DNA of 64,000 nt from Flavobacteriales bacterium (lineage in GTDB: Bacteria; Bacteroidota; Bacteroidia; Palsa-965). Location of the stretch: NCBI GenBank assembly GCA_040377305.1, contig JBEIPA010000006.1, positions 32,001 through 96,000 on the forward strand, read 5' to 3'. The notes under the pieces are model-generated. The model did not search any database. It was not told the origin of the DNA and saw nothing but the letters and a program-made list of their open reading frames with translations. The translations under genes and the position numbers were made by a program. This document shows positions 8,703 through 19,720 of the stretch, piece by piece. Position 1 is the stretch's first letter. The number at the start of each line of letters is the position of its first letter.

Positions 8703-10562
8703 TCAAAACACAATTTTTACATCTTCTTTATAATTCTGCAGTGTTCCATTCAAACTTGCTGTCCATCCGTCAATAAATACTTTGCCATTTTTAAGGGCAT
8801 TTGAATAATCGTCACTGGCAATTTTCTCACTGTTGGTTATGTAATAATGATGGCCGATTTTGTAAATGCAATCCTTAACCACTTCTTCAGGAACTTGAGT
8901 TGGTTCGTCTAAACCAACGGTGAATACCATATTGTAAATACGACTTAAAGCATCAGTTTCGTTTTCAGTTATTGAGATTTGCCCTTGATCATCCACTTTT
9001 AATTTTGGTGCTTCCACGCTATCAAAAACCTTGAAGCCAATATCAGGAACTTGTTTTTTATCCTCATCAAACAATCCTGCTTTACTGTTTTCCTCTTCAA
9101 TGTGTTGAGCAATCTTTTCACCTGCACGTTTCAAACGTTCAATTGTTATACTTGAAATAACCGGTGATAAATTATTTGCTACACAAAAGTCATAAGAATC
9201 TTTGTTTTTGACTGGATTAATAGGTTCATCTATTTGACACAAAATAAACTTCCGGTTACCACCATCTTCGGCATTAACCTGTATAACTGCATGGCCTGTT
9301 GATCCTGAACCCGCAAAGAAGTCAAGAATTATTCCGTCTTTACCGCTCATTTGTATTATTTGCTCAATCAACTCAACTGATTTAGGAGTTTCAAAAACAA
9401 CTACGCCATCAAACAATTCTTTAATTTTGTTCTTTGCAGTCTCTGTAGTGCCTACGTCTTCTGCGAATAATATAGATTCAGGAGTCAAACCTCTTTCTTT
9501 TGCTTCTAAGTAGGTCTTAACTCTTGGCACTCCATTCCCATCCTTACCGAACCAAATTCTTTTATCCTTAATTGCTTCATCCATCACATTTTCTGTATAA
9601 AGCCAGCACCTACCGCTTTCAAGTTTATGTATTTTCCCATTCGGCGCTTTTAGGTCATAGAATTGCGATTTAGTTCCATGGCCAGCTTGAGCAGTTGCAG
9701 GGTCTGACTTCCAAAGCCCTCTTGGATCATTGTCAGGATTCTTATAGTTGGACAATGCCTTTTCACTCATTGGAGTTTGGCTAATAGACCGGACACCTTC
9801 AATCTGGTTTTTTGAATAACATAAGATGTAGTCATGCCTGTTTGAAACAACTTTTCTATTTTCCCTGTTTGTTCTTTTCTCCCAAATAAAAGTGGCAATA
9901 AAATTCTCCTCACCGAAAATATCATCACAAAGTAATTTCAGATTAGCTTGTTCGTTATCATCGATGCTAATAAAAATAACACCATCTTTTCTTAATAAGT
10001 CTTTAGATAATAAAAGGCGCGGATACATAAACGCTAACCAACCGTTGTGGCTCTTTTTAGTTCTAAAGCTAAAATCCATTCGAGCAAAATCACTTTCATC
10101 CAAGTTAGCCATGCCCAAAACTTCCGCTTCTTCTTTGTCAAACTTATCAGGATAAACAAATTCGTCGCTTTCAGTATTGTATGGTGGATCTATATAAATG
10201 CACTTCACTTGTCCGCTGTAATAATTTTTTAGAATCTTTAAGCTATCCAAATTGTCACCCTTCAGCACCAAATTTTTTGTTGTTTCAATACTCTTGCTCA
10301 ATGTGGGATTTAGGTGGAGTTCTTTATCAGTTTTTTGGTCATATTTAGCTCTGGCAAAGTTTCTTCCGACAAAATTTAATCCGTAACCGTTTACTTTTTC
10401 ATCAATTGGTAAACCCAATGCGGCCTTTAGTTCCTCTATATTTAGTTCGGTGTCGCGTATTACATTAGGGAAGTTCTCTTTCAGAAAACTCAACAATATG
10501 TTTTCGCGGGCTTCTGTTCCAACAACTGTAAATCCTGCTTTTATAAAATCTTGTTCTGCCAT
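8703..10562 (-). CDS. mod: Type III restriction-modification methyltransferase (Mod)
   Basis: KGDNLDSLK, IYIDPPYN, WLAFMYPRL, FISIDDNE, FETPKS, ILDFFAGSGSTGHA. Confidence 0.93.
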   Translation of the reverse strand: MAEQDFIKAGFTVVGTEARENILLSFLKENFPNVIRDTELNIEELKAALGLPIDEKVNGYGLNFVGRNFARAKYDQKTDKELHLNPTLSKSIETTKNLVLKGDNLDSLKILKNYYSGQVKCIYIDPPYNTESDEFVYPDKFDKEEAEVLGMANLDESDFARMDFSFRTKKSHNGWLAFMYPRLLLSKDLLRKDGVIFISIDDNEQANLKLLCDDIFGEENFIATFIWEKRTNRENRKVVSNRHDYILCYSKNQIEGVRSISQTPMSEKALSNYKNPDNDPRGLWKSDPATAQAGHGTKSQFYDLKAPNGKIHKLESGRCWLYTENVMDEAIKDKRIWFGKDGNGVPRVKTYLEAKERGLTPESILFAEDVGTTETAKNKIKELFDGVVVFETPKSVELIEQIIQMSGKDGIILDFFAGSGSTGHAVIQVNAEDGGNRKFILCQIDEPINPVKNKDSYDFCVANNLSPVISSITIERLKRAGEKIAQHIEEENSKAGLFDEDKKQVPDIGFKVFDSVEAPKLKVDDQGQISITENETDALSRIYNMVFTVGLDEPTQVPEEVVKDCIYKIGHHYYITNSEKIASDDYSNALKNGKVFIDGWTASLNGTLQNYKEDVKIVF

Positions 10563-10566
10563 TGTT

Positions 10567-13488
10567 TTATGCGTTGTTTATCAAAGCCGCTAATTGCGTT
10601 TTGTTGATACGTTCTTTGTATGATATTTTTATATTTTGTCCTTTGTAGTGTTCGCCCAATGCCTCAAAATATTTTTTTGCAAAATCGATTTTCTCTTTTT
10701 CATCTACGGGTATTGCGGTCGACGATTTGTAGCCTTTAGCTTCTACTACAAGAAATATTTTGTTTCCTCCTGAGCTTTTGACTGCATAGCAAAAGTCCGG
10801 GTTGTAATCGCCCAAAGGCGTTTTTATTTTTAGGCGCGGAAGTTTGCCAAAAATTTCAATACTGTCAACATCAGGGTCTTGCTCCACAATTTCCAATTCA
10901 AAATCGCTGTCGTATTCAATCACATCTTCAAATATCCATTTGTTTTTCAAAGAAAAATCACCTGCAATGTCTTTTTGAAATTTGCCAACGCTTCCTGTGT
11001 CCAAGTATGTTCTTCCATTTTCGTTCTTAAATACGTTTGGCAGACCGGTTCCGTTAATCCCGTCGTACTTGATATTCGCCTTGAGTATTGCAATTAAGTT
11101 CTTATTGATTATTTGTGTAATTTCTCTTTGGGCTTGTTCAGGATTGTTGCACAGCATCTTATTCTTGAAATCATCACTCAGAGCATTGAATACCTTTACA
11201 ACAAATGAAATAGGTGTTTTGGTCTTGTTTGCTAAAGTGTGAACCAATTCTAGATAATTAATTTTGCTTTTGTAAGAAGCTGTCTCCGTTAGTCTTTCTG
11301 TTATCGCACCTTGTTCACCAATCTTGTTCACGTTTAGTTCAGCACGAATGGTCTGCAACAGAATTTCTTCAATGTTTACGGCTTCTATCTGCACTTTTAT
11401 GTTTTGTATCAATTGTTTTTCTTGTGAATCACTTAAAGTTTCTAGCACATAAAAAGCATTTTTGTTGATAGCGTTCCATAGGTTTTGAAACTCTTCCAGG
11501 TGGGTTGCTTTAATAAAAACCTTCTTTTTGGGTTTAATTTTTTTAGCATCCTGAATGTATTTGTTTGCATCAGTTGCAAACAAGCTTTCAATCGCTTTAA
11601 CTTGCTCTTCGGGCAAATTTTGTTCCTTCAGTATTGCAGTGAACTCGGGTGACTTTTCATAAATCTTTTGTCCGTCAACAATTGCCTTTCTAACAATCAT
11701 TTTCTTCTCCTTCAACACATCATCAACTAACGTAATGATTGTATCATCATCGAAGCCCGATTTTTCTTTAAGGGTTTTAATCAGTTCTTGCTCTGTAAAT
11801 GTTTCGGAAATTAAGAATGAATTACTTAATATTTCGTTTTGAATAGCTTCAACAAAACCTTGTTCCTTACTTGAGACAACCACATCGAGGTTGTTGATTT
11901 TCCAAAAAGCCTCTTGGTCGTCATTCAGGTTTTTAAGTGTATATCGTTGCAAATTTTGATTCACACAAATGCGTAATCCTCTTCCAATTTGTTGAAGCTT
12001 CGATATTTCACTTCCTTGATTGGATAGTTTACATATTGTAAACACATTCGGATTATCCCAACCTTCCTGCAAAGCCCAAATAGAGAAAATGAAACGTGTG
12101 GGACTTTCAAACGAAAGCAACTTCTTTTTGTCTTTTAGAATTTCATCAACCCCTGCTTTGACTTTTTCGTCAGCATTTCCCTTGTCACCGGAAAAATAAC
12201 CTTTGTGCACTTGCAAAGAGTTGTCACTGTCAAAATCGTTTTGCAGGTATTTTTTATACTCACATGTTTGATCAAGTTTGCTTACAAGTGCGGAGTATTG
12301 CTTTTTGTATTCTTCTTCAAATATGTTTTTTACTTTTGGTTTTTCGCCACGAAACAAACTGGTGTCTGCTTCCATAAAAAACAAGGTGAGTGCTTTTACG
12401 CCTTGCTCAAACAGTGATTTTTCCTTCTCAAAATGTATTTTTATTGTTTCTCTGATCATTGCCCGCAATGACTCGTCAGATAAAGAATAATCAACCTTTT
12501 CTATGGTGTCGTCCGCTAGAACAATGGTGTCTTTGTTTATTTTTTTAATGCTTTTGCCGTTGAATATTGCACCAATCCCAGATACTCGCGGCACTACAAT
12601 TCCGTTGGTTAGAGTGTTTACGTACGCCATATATTTTGAGCTAACCTTTTCTATGCCAACTAGCGTATCTGTGTTTTCAACTACGTCCTGAGTGTAAACC
12701 ACGATTTTCTTTACCAGGTTTTGTCGGAAAGAAGAAATGCTGTCCAATACATACGCCACGTTTGATAATGGCAAACTGTCTTTCTTCTTTGGAAATGTAG
12801 CTCCAAAACGCAAATAGTAATTGTCAAACCCTTCAAAATAGGTTTTAAAGGCATTGCCTTCAAAACGGTGAGGTTCGTCCATTATCACAATCGGTTTTAA
12901 GCGTTTCAAACATTCTAAATACGATTTTGGCGTATCCTGATTATTTACAAATAGTTCTGGTGCGTTCATTTCTCTTTCCAACGGACGATTCAGAATGTTG
13001 TCTTTGCTATTAAATGAACTTGGTGTCATCACCAATACCGATAAATGCGAAGCGCCAATAAATTGTTTAACCGCGGAAAGGTTTCCGCCTTCGTAAACGA
13101 ATGCTTCAATTTCCTTTTCTCTTTCGTTAGCGTAAAAACTCTTAAAATAATTTTTGGTATCCTCTAGATTTGTTTTTGTACCCTCGCGAATTGGAACGGT
13201 AGGAATAAGAATGATAAACTTCTTGTAGCCAAAGTTTTTACTCAGCTCAAAAATGGATTTTATAAACGTGAACGTTTTTCCCGTTCCCGTTTCCATCATT
13301 ATGTCAACGTTTTTGTTGTCCTGAACTGGAAAATTGTATTTGTTCCTTTTATGGTGGGCCGTCAGCACATCATCAAAATTTTGTTTTTGGCGAAGGCTTT
13401 CAAAAAGACTGATAATGCTATTTACGCAGTCTTCCTGATAGGTTTGTATTTCGTATTGAAACTGTTTTGCTTCTGTTCTTGTCGTCAT
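10567..13488 (-). CDS. res: Type III restriction endonuclease (Res), SF2 helicase plus PD-(D/E)xK nuclease
   Basis: METGTGKT, DEPH, ALQEGWDNPNVFTICKL, QQIGRGLRI, YNPDF...VVEAKG. Confidence 0.93.
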   Translation of the reverse strand: MTTRTEAKQFQYEIQTYQEDCVNSIISLFESLRQKQNFDDVLTAHHKRNKYNFPVQDNKNVDIMMETGTGKTFTFIKSIFELSKNFGYKKFIILIPTVPIREGTKTNLEDTKNYFKSFYANEREKEIEAFVYEGGNLSAVKQFIGASHLSVLVMTPSSFNSKDNILNRPLEREMNAPELFVNNQDTPKSYLECLKRLKPIVIMDEPHRFEGNAFKTYFEGFDNYYLRFGATFPKKKDSLPLSNVAYVLDSISSFRQNLVKKIVVYTQDVVENTDTLVGIEKVSSKYMAYVNTLTNGIVVPRVSGIGAIFNGKSIKKINKDTIVLADDTIEKVDYSLSDESLRAMIRETIKIHFEKEKSLFEQGVKALTLFFMEADTSLFRGEKPKVKNIFEEEYKKQYSALVSKLDQTCEYKKYLQNDFDSDNSLQVHKGYFSGDKGNADEKVKAGVDEILKDKKKLLSFESPTRFIFSIWALQEGWDNPNVFTICKLSNQGSEISKLQQIGRGLRICVNQNLQRYTLKNLNDDQEAFWKINNLDVVVSSKEQGFVEAIQNEILSNSFLISETFTEQELIKTLKEKSGFDDDTIITLVDDVLKEKKMIVRKAIVDGQKIYEKSPEFTAILKEQNLPEEQVKAIESLFATDANKYIQDAKKIKPKKKVFIKATHLEEFQNLWNAINKNAFYVLETLSDSQEKQLIQNIKVQIEAVNIEEILLQTIRAELNVNKIGEQGAITERLTETASYKSKINYLELVHTLANKTKTPISFVVKVFNALSDDFKNKMLCNNPEQAQREITQIINKNLIAILKANIKYDGINGTGLPNVFKNENGRTYLDTGSVGKFQKDIAGDFSLKNKWIFEDVIEYDSDFELEIVEQDPDVDSIEIFGKLPRLKIKTPLGDYNPDFCYAVKSSGGNKIFLVVEAKGYKSSTAIPVDEKEKIDFAKKYFEALGEHYKGQNIKISYKERINKTQLAALINNA

Positions 13489-13694
13489 TTGTTACTTCGA
13501 TTTCCAGTTGTCGAACCGGCATGCTTGGCGACTGTTTATAGCGGATAATTCACATCTGAAAATTAGCAAATAAAACTGTCCCGTGTCAACGAAATAGACG
13601 CATCATTCATCATAATCGATGTACTCTAAAAACGGCTAACTGCGAACTCCTGACCAGCGAACCGAGCACTAATCAATACCCCAACACCAGCCCC

Positions 13695-13712
13695 TCCCGA
13701 TAGCTATCGGGA
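13695..13712. repeat. REP-like palindrome tcccgatagctatcggga
   Basis: Second copy of the 6607-6624 core. Confidence 0.8.
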
Positions 13713-13768
13713 CATCTCTCCGCCCCCTCAAACTCCATCCCCTTCCCTTTCATCAGCATATCAACTAA

Positions 13769-16700
13769 TCAATAACCGAGCACAGGCCCAAGCCACCGCT
13801 CTGCAATTTCAAAACTCATCCCTTTCCTCTTCCCATACTCCTCCACCTGCTCCTTCGTAATTTTTCCCACTCCAAAATAATGCGCATCCTTCGGAGAGAA
13901 ATACATTCCGCTTACTGCCGCAGTTGGAACCATGGCTTTGCTTTCGGTGAGCACTAATCCGATTTGATTTTCTGCATCGAGCAAACGGAAGAGCTCATCT
14001 TTCTCGGTGTGATCGGGTTGTGCAGGATAGCCCGGTGCAGGACGAATGCCTGCGTACGCCTCTTTGATGAGATCGTCGTTGGAGAGATTTTCGTCTTTCG
14101 CGTAACCCCAGAATTCTTTACGCACACGTTCATGCAGGTGTTCTGCAAATGCTTCTGCTAAACGATCGGCCAATGCTTTCAGCATGATCGCACTGTAGTC
14201 GTCGTGGTTCTTTTCGAACTCCGCGACTTTTTCGTCAATGCCGAAACCGGTGCAGACTGCAAAGCCGCCTATGTAATCGTTCAAGCCCTCAGGTGCAAGA
14301 AAATCAGAAAGCGCAACGTTGTAATGACCGGTCGGCTTTTGTGTTTGCTGACGGATCGCCTGGAATTTCGCTGCGATATTTTTTCGTGATGCGTCGGTGA
14401 ATACCTGCATCTCGTCATCGTTCGCGGTATTCGCCGGCCAGAAACCGATGACAGCACGCGCGGTGAGCCATTTCTCTTCGATGATTTTCTTCAGCATCGC
14501 CTGCGCATCGTTGAAGAGCTTCGTTGCTTCTGCTCCGCGTTCTACATCTTTCAGAATGCGCGGATAGCTTCCTTTCATTTCCCAGGAGATGAAGAACGGC
14601 GTCCAGTCGATGTAAGGAACGAGTGTCTTCAGCGGATAATCATCCAAAACTTTTGTTCCGTTGAATGTCGGCTCTACAAACGTGTGCTTGCTCCAGTCGA
14701 CCGGAAATTTATTTCTGCGCGCTTCTGCCAGCGAGATAAATTTATTCTGACTCTGCGCACGGGCATTCTGCTCACGCACACGATCGTAATCTTCATTGAC
14801 CTGCACCATGAACGGACCACGAAGCTCTTTCGAAATCAAACTCTGCAGAACAGGCACAGATCGCGAAGCATCATGCACATGAACAACAGCATGCTTGTAG
14901 TGCGGAGATATTTTCACCGCGGTGTGAACTTTCGAAGTAGTCGCACCACCAATCAACAGCGGAACTTCCAATCCAACACGCTGCATCTCTTTCGCCATGT
15001 GTACCATTTCATCCAGCGATGGTGTAATCAATCCGCTGAGACCAATGATGTCGACTTTTTCTTTCTTCGCCATGTCGATGATGCGATCAGCCGCCACCAT
15101 CACACCCATGTCAATGATTTCATAATTGTTGCACGCGAGTACAACGCCCACAATATTTTTTCCGATGTCGTGTACGTCGCCTTTCACAGTCGCAAGCAAA
15201 ACTTTTCCTGCCGACTTTCCTTCACCGGCTACTTTCTCCGCTTCGAGATACGGTGTGAGATACGCCACGGCTTTCTTCATCACACGCGCACTCTTCACCA
15301 CTTGCGGCAAAAACATCTTTCCGGCACCGAATAAATCACCGACTACGTTCATGCCGTCCATCAACGGACCTTCAATCACGTGCAGCGATTTCGGAAACTG
15401 CTTACGCGCTTCTTCTACATCTTCGTCGATGTGATCAACAATTCCCTTTACCAATGCGTGAGTCAATCGTTCGGTAACTGTTCCGTTTCTCCACGCTGTA
15501 TCTTTCTCTGCTTTCTTGCCTGCTCCTTCGCCTTTTACTTTTTCAGCGTAAGTGATCAGACGTTCAGTTGCGTCATCGCGACGATCAAGCAAAACATCTT
15601 CAACGAGGTCGAGCAGTTCTTTTGGAATATTATCATACACCTGCAGCTGACCGGGATTTACAATGCCCATGTCCATGCCGTTCTTCACCGCATGATACAG
15701 GAACGCAGAGTGAATCGCTTCACGCACGTGATCATTTCCGCGGAAAGAGAAAGAAACGTTACTCACGCCTCCACTCACTTTTGCATGCGGAAGATTTTCT
15801 TTAATCCACTTCGTTGCATTGAAAAAGTCGAGCGCGTTTTTTCGGTGCTCATCCATTCCTGTCGCGACAGGAAAAATATTCGGATCGAAAATGATATCCT
15901 GTGGAGGGAAGTGCACCTGATTCACGAGAATATCATAAGCGCGCTTACAGATTTCAATTCTGCGCTCATACGTGTCGGCCTGACCTTTTTCATCGAATGC
16001 CATTACGATTACAGCGGCGCCGTACTTGCGCACGATGTGTGCCTGACGAATGAACTCCGCTTCTCCTTCTTTCATGGAGATGGAATTCACAATCGCTTTT
16101 CCTTGCACGCATTTCAGTCCGGCTTCAATCACATGAAACTTCGAAGAGTCGAGCATGATTGGCACACGAGCAATATCCGGTTCTGCTGCAACGAGATTCA
16201 GGAAGCGAACCATAGCCGCTTGAGAATCCAACATGCCTTCATCCATGTTGATGTCGATCACCTGTGCACCGCCTTCAACCTGGTCGCGTGCAATGGCGAG
16301 TGCTTCATCGTATTTCGAATCGATGATGAGCTTTGCAAATTTACGTGAGCCGGTAACGTTGGTACGTTCACCCACGTTCATGAAATTCGAATCGGGACGC
16401 AATGTCACCGGTTCGAGTCCGCTCAAACGTAAATACGGATCTATGTATGGAACCGGTCGTGGATTCGTTCCGTTCGCAATTTCAGCAATGCGTTTGATGT
16501 GCGCCGGAGTTGTTCCGCAACAACCACCAATGATGTTGATGAATCCGCTGTCCAGAAAATCGCGGATCTTCTCGCCCATCTGTTCCGGAGTTTCATCGTA
16601 TTCTCCAAACTGATTCGGTAATCCTGCATTCGGATAACAGCTCACGAAGAACGGAGCCTTGTCGGCAATCTCTTCCATGAACGGACGCATCTGTTCTGCA

Positions 16701-17464
16701 CCGAGTGCGCAATTCAATCCAACGCTGAGCAAGTCAACGTGAGAAATTGAATTCAGAAATGCTTCTGTCGTTTGTCCCGATAACGTTCTTCCGCTTGCAT
16801 CTGTGATTGTACCTGAAACCATCACCGGCAAACGTTTTCCCGTTTCTTCCTGCAAAGTCTGCACAGCAAACAAAGCGGCTTTCGAATTCAATGTATCAAA
16901 AACAGTTTCGATCAGGAACAGATCAACTCCACCTTCCAGTAAAGCACGTGCCTCTTCAAGGTAAGCTGCAACGAGTTCGTCAAAAGAAACACCACGGAAA
17001 CCGGGATCATTTACATCCGGCGACAATGAAGCAGTTCTGTTTGTAGGACCTATTGCACCTGCAACCCAACGGTGCTTCTTCGCCCGCCCGCCTTCGGCAT
17101 TCGGGTGAAGATTTTCCGCAATGAATTTATCAGCAGCTTTTCGCGCAATCTTCGCTGCTTCCACGTTCATCTCATAACAGATTTCCTGCATGTGATAATC
17201 GGCCATGGAAATGCGGTTGGCATTGAACGTATTCGTCTCAATGATATCCGCACCTGCCGCGAGATATTCGCAGTGTATGTCGTAAATAATTTTCGGTTGT
17301 GTGAGAACGAGCAAATCGTTGTTGCCTTTCAGGTCGTGTTTCCAGTCCTTGAAACGTTCTCCGCGGTAATCTGCTTCTTCCAACTTGTAACGTTGGATCA
17401 TCGTGCCCATTGCACCATCGATGATGAGCACGCGCTTTTCTAATTCTTTTCTGATGTCTGTCAT
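13769..17464 (-). CDS. metH: Cobalamin-dependent methionine synthase
   Basis: [36 protein letters not shown]12-binding motif, RPAPGYP. Start taken at MTDIRKEL. Confidence 0.97.
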   Translation of the reverse strand: MTDIRKELEKRVLIIDGAMGTMIQRYKLEEADYRGERFKDWKHDLKGNNDLLVLTQPKIIYDIHCEYLAAGADIIETNTFNANRISMADYHMQEICYEMNVEAAKIARKAADKFIAENLHPNAEGGRAKKHRWVAGAIGPTNRTASLSPDVNDPGFRGVSFDELVAAYLEEARALLEGGVDLFLIETVFDTLNSKAALFAVQTLQEETGKRLPVMVSGTITDASGRTLSGQTTEAFLNSISHVDLLSVGLNCALGAEQMRPFMEEIADKAPFFVSCYPNAGLPNQFGEYDETPEQMGEKIRDFLDSGFINIIGGCCGTTPAHIKRIAEIANGTNPRPVPYIDPYLRLSGLEPVTLRPDSNFMNVGERTNVTGSRKFAKLIIDSKYDEALAIARDQVEGGAQVIDINMDEGMLDSQAAMVRFLNLVAAEPDIARVPIMLDSSKFHVIEAGLKCVQGKAIVNSISMKEGEAEFIRQAHIVRKYGAAVIVMAFDEKGQADTYERRIEICKRAYDILVNQVHFPPQDIIFDPNIFPVATGMDEHRKNALDFFNATKWIKENLPHAKVSGGVSNVSFSFRGNDHVREAIHSAFLYHAVKNGMDMGIVNPGQLQVYDNIPKELLDLVEDVLLDRRDDATERLITYAEKVKGEGAGKKAEKDTAWRNGTVTERLTHALVKGIVDHIDEDVEEARKQFPKSLHVIEGPLMDGMNVVGDLFGAGKMFLPQVVKSARVMKKAVAYLTPYLEAEKVAGEGKSAGKVLLATVKGDVHDIGKNIVGVVLACNNYEIIDMGVMVAADRIIDMAKKEKVDIIGLSGLITPSLDEMVHMAKEMQRVGLEVPLLIGGATTSKVHTAVKISPHYKHAVVHVHDASRSVPVLQSLISKELRGPFMVQVNEDYDRVREQNARAQSQNKFISLAEARRNKFPVDWSKHTFVEPTFNGTKVLDDYPLKTLVPYIDWTPFFISWEMKGSYPRILKDVERGAEATKLFNDAQAMLKKIIEEKWLTARAVIGFWPANTANDDEMQVFTDASRKNIAAKFQAIRQQTQKPTGHYNVALSDFLAPEGLNDYIGGFAVCTGFGIDEKVAEFEKNHDDYSAIMLKALADRLAEAFAEHLHERVRKEFWGYAKDENLSNDDLIKEAYAGIRPAPGYPAQPDHTEKDELFRLLDAENQIGLVLTESKAMVPTAAVSGMYFSPKDAHYFGVGKITKEQVEEYGKRKGMSFEIAERWLGPVLGY

Positions 17465-17512
17465 AAATAGTTCTGTCTTCTCCTGCGTGTCGTAATTACG
17501 CTTCGCCTCACT

Positions 17513-17584
17513 TGTCATCCTTCGGCTACGCTCAGTATGACAAGGATCTCGATACACGATTTGTCAGACTGAGCGTAGCCGAAG
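17513..17584. repeat. Inverted REP-like pair (cttcggctacgctcagt)
   Basis: 17520-17536 is the inverse of 17568-17584; related cttcgacaagctcagga at 26418-26434. Confidence 0.8.
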
Positions 17585-17605
17585 TTTGATAAATCGGCGC
17601 CGCAC

Positions 17606-17641
17606 AAAAAAGAAAATCCCTACTGTTTAGTCAGAAGGGAT
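17606..17641 (-). terminator. Intrinsic terminator of the riboswitch expression platform
   Basis: Minus strand atcccttctg-actaaa-cagtagggat followed by tttctttttt. Confidence 0.8.
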
Positions 17642-17670
17642 CGTTGATATATCAAGGAGTTTAGCTTCTG

Positions 17671-17958
17671 ACTTATCTGTAACAGACGGGAGAAAGGAGA
17701 CAGGAGACGGGCGTGCTGAGTGTGGTTAACACAACATTCCATCTTCATCTCAAAACTCCTCTGCGTCTGTAGCAGGAATTGGCACCTTCTTCGCCAGTAG
17801 GCAGTAGTGCAGTCTTGCAGTAGGCAGTCAAAAAGCGAAGCAGGAATTATTCCTGACCACTATTTCTCGACTGCCAACTGCCCTACTGCCCCACTGCCTA
17901 CTGGCACAGGGTTGCCAAGGCATCATCGGGCACGGTCCCTCCGCCTTTCTGGATAAGT
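17671..17958 (-). ncRNA. SAM-I (S-box) riboswitch with expanded P3 and P4
   Basis: Minus strand acttatccagaaaggcggagggaccgtgcccgatgatgccttggcaacc...aaggtgccaattcctgc...agataagt, upstream of metH. Confidence 0.88.
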
Positions 17959-17977
17959 TGTTGGAAAAGAACTGGGG

Positions 17978-17985
17978 CAAAGATA
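17978..17985 (-). promoter_or_regulatory. Bacteroidota -7 promoter box for riboswitch-metH
   Basis: Minus-strand TATCTTTG (TAnnTTTG) about 20 nt upstream of P1. Confidence 0.7.
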
Positions 17986-18012
17986 AGAAATGGACTTTTA
18001 CCAATGACAGAC

Positions 18013-19563
18013 TCAGTTACGAATCACTGGTTTTTGGGCGATTAATACCCCGTTTCGTTCGAGCAGGAGAAAATACAAGCCCGGATTGAGAGCGCTCATG
18101 TCAATCTTGTGCTGGTCAGAACGTAATTGTTCATCCAGTACTGTTCTGCCCGTGACATCACATAACCGTATTCGCGTTTGTCCGTTACCTGAAATCGGTG
18201 TTGCAACAGTTATGATATCCTGTGTTGGATTCGGAAACACACGAAGCAATTCTGTTTCACGTTCCACATTTTGCTGAGTCGTCATCACACATATCGCACC
18301 TGGATTCAGCGTAGTTGATGTTGCAACTGTTGTAAGCACAATTGACGAGTCAGCTATTCCGATTGTTATGCTTGTTGCAAGACCGGGCGTGACATTTATG
18401 AATGTATCGGAAAGTATACTATCGTTGCAAAATGCGGCACCGAGACTATCTGTCTTCGTAATTACAATGCTGATATCGGTGGCGGTTGTTCCATCATTAC
18501 GAGAGGTAATGAACATGTAACCTCCGTCATTACTGCGTACGATTGACGGCTCCATGCCTCCGTTAAGATCCAGATAGGCTCTGGCCCAAATAGGATTACC
18601 GTTTAAATCTATTCGCCCCATAGCAATGTGACCGGTGTTTGCCAAATCACAGATCATGGTATAACCTCCTGCTACCGGCACCATCTGTGTCGCGACGAAA
18701 GAACTGCCAGCCAGATAAGCGCGAGCCCACATCGCAGTACCAAATGCATCGAACTGATACAGCGATGTGAATATGTATCCGGTGTTAATTCCGCAGGTAA
18801 TAAACGCACCAATCGAAGTTTCATGAATGTCGGTTTGACTGGCAGAATTGGGACAACGGTTACACCACAGGAGTACTCCGGATGAACTTACTTTGAGCAG
18901 TATGCCGTCATATCCCAGGCGACCACCAGCAACAAAGTCACCGGTTGAAGCTTCAATAATTGTGTTCAACTCAACATGCTCATTCCATCCAAAAGTTCTG
19001 GTCCACATCAGGTTGCCCACACTGTCTGTGCGCACAATGAATCCTTCACGGTATGTGCCGTTGGGATCGGCTGTCCGTCCGCAGGCAATGAACCCATGAT
19101 CGGATGTTTCCTCTGCATCGTAAAATAAGCTGTAGCGTAAACCTGGATACAGCATCGACCAGAGTACATTTCCCTGTGCGTCTGTTTTGATTAAACGTGC
19201 AGAAGAAGTGTAATCCATTGTCACACTGTCCCGATGAAACCACATTGTTGCAACGGCAAAACCGGAATCATGTGTTTGGACTACGGTGTTGCCATCCGTA
19301 ATTCCTGCTGACCAATTCGATTTCCGATACGTCTGCACCCACTCCTGCGAACCTGTTGAGTCAATCTTCACGAGGTAGCCGAAATTATTGTCCATCGGTG
19401 GCTGCAACTCGGCATCGGCACAGAAAACGTAACCGCCATCGTAAGTTTTCGTCAGGTTATGATGCGCACGCTCTCCCTGCAATTCGAATGCAACAGAAAA
19501 TGGCTGTTGCGCATTTAATGCTGCTGACAACATAACCATAAGTAGGATGTAGCTCGATTTCAT
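18013..19563 (-). CDS. T9SS type A cargo with beta-propeller-like repeats
   Basis: Signal peptide, repeated KTDxxGNxxW motifs, C-terminal LRVFPNPT...GLYFL. Confidence 0.88.
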   Translation of the reverse strand: MKSSYILLMVMLSAALNAQQPFSVAFELQGERAHHNLTKTYDGGYVFCADAELQPPMDNNFGYLVKIDSTGSQEWVQTYRKSNWSAGITDGNTVVQTHDSGFAVATMWFHRDSVTMDYTSSARLIKTDAQGNVLWSMLYPGLRYSLFYDAEETSDHGFIACGRTADPNGTYREGFIVRTDSVGNLMWTRTFGWNEHVELNTIIEASTGDFVAGGRLGYDGILLKVSSSGVLLWCNRCPNSASQTDIHETSIGAFITCGINTGYIFTSLYQFDAFGTAMWARAYLAGSSFVATQMVPVAGGYTMICDLANTGHIAMGRIDLNGNPIWARAYLDLNGGMEPSIVRSNDGGYMFITSRNDGTTATDISIVITKTDSLGAAFCNDSILSDTFINVTPGLATSITIGIADSSIVLTTVATSTTLNPGAICVMTTQQNVERETELLRVFPNPTQDIITVATPISGNGQTRIRLCDVTGRTVLDEQLRSDQHKIDMSALNPGLYFLLLERNGVLIAQKPVIRN

Positions 19564-19720
19564 GGGTATGAAAGTTGCTTCAAGTTAGAAATAAGTCGCT
19601 AAACATCCTTTAACAAATCCATGCGAACGATGCCATACTTTCGGCGTAACTTAACGTATCTGATTGTAGTCCGTTTTTGTGGAATTTAGAGGATTTCACA
19701 TCCTAACTTTTGCCTGCACG

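Noticed and set aside
8703-10562. Phase-variable mod (phasevarion)
   Set aside because: No simple-sequence repeat tract seen in or upstream of the gene.
14684-16613. Long plus-strand ORFs opposite metH (and similar shadows opposite gmd, ALDH, sprA, maeB)
   Set aside because: Antisense shadows of well-supported genes with no recognisable motifs.
17465-17557. N-terminal extension of MetH ([13 protein letters not shown]...)
   Set aside because: Translation of the REP-like pair; MetH similarity starts at MTDIRK.
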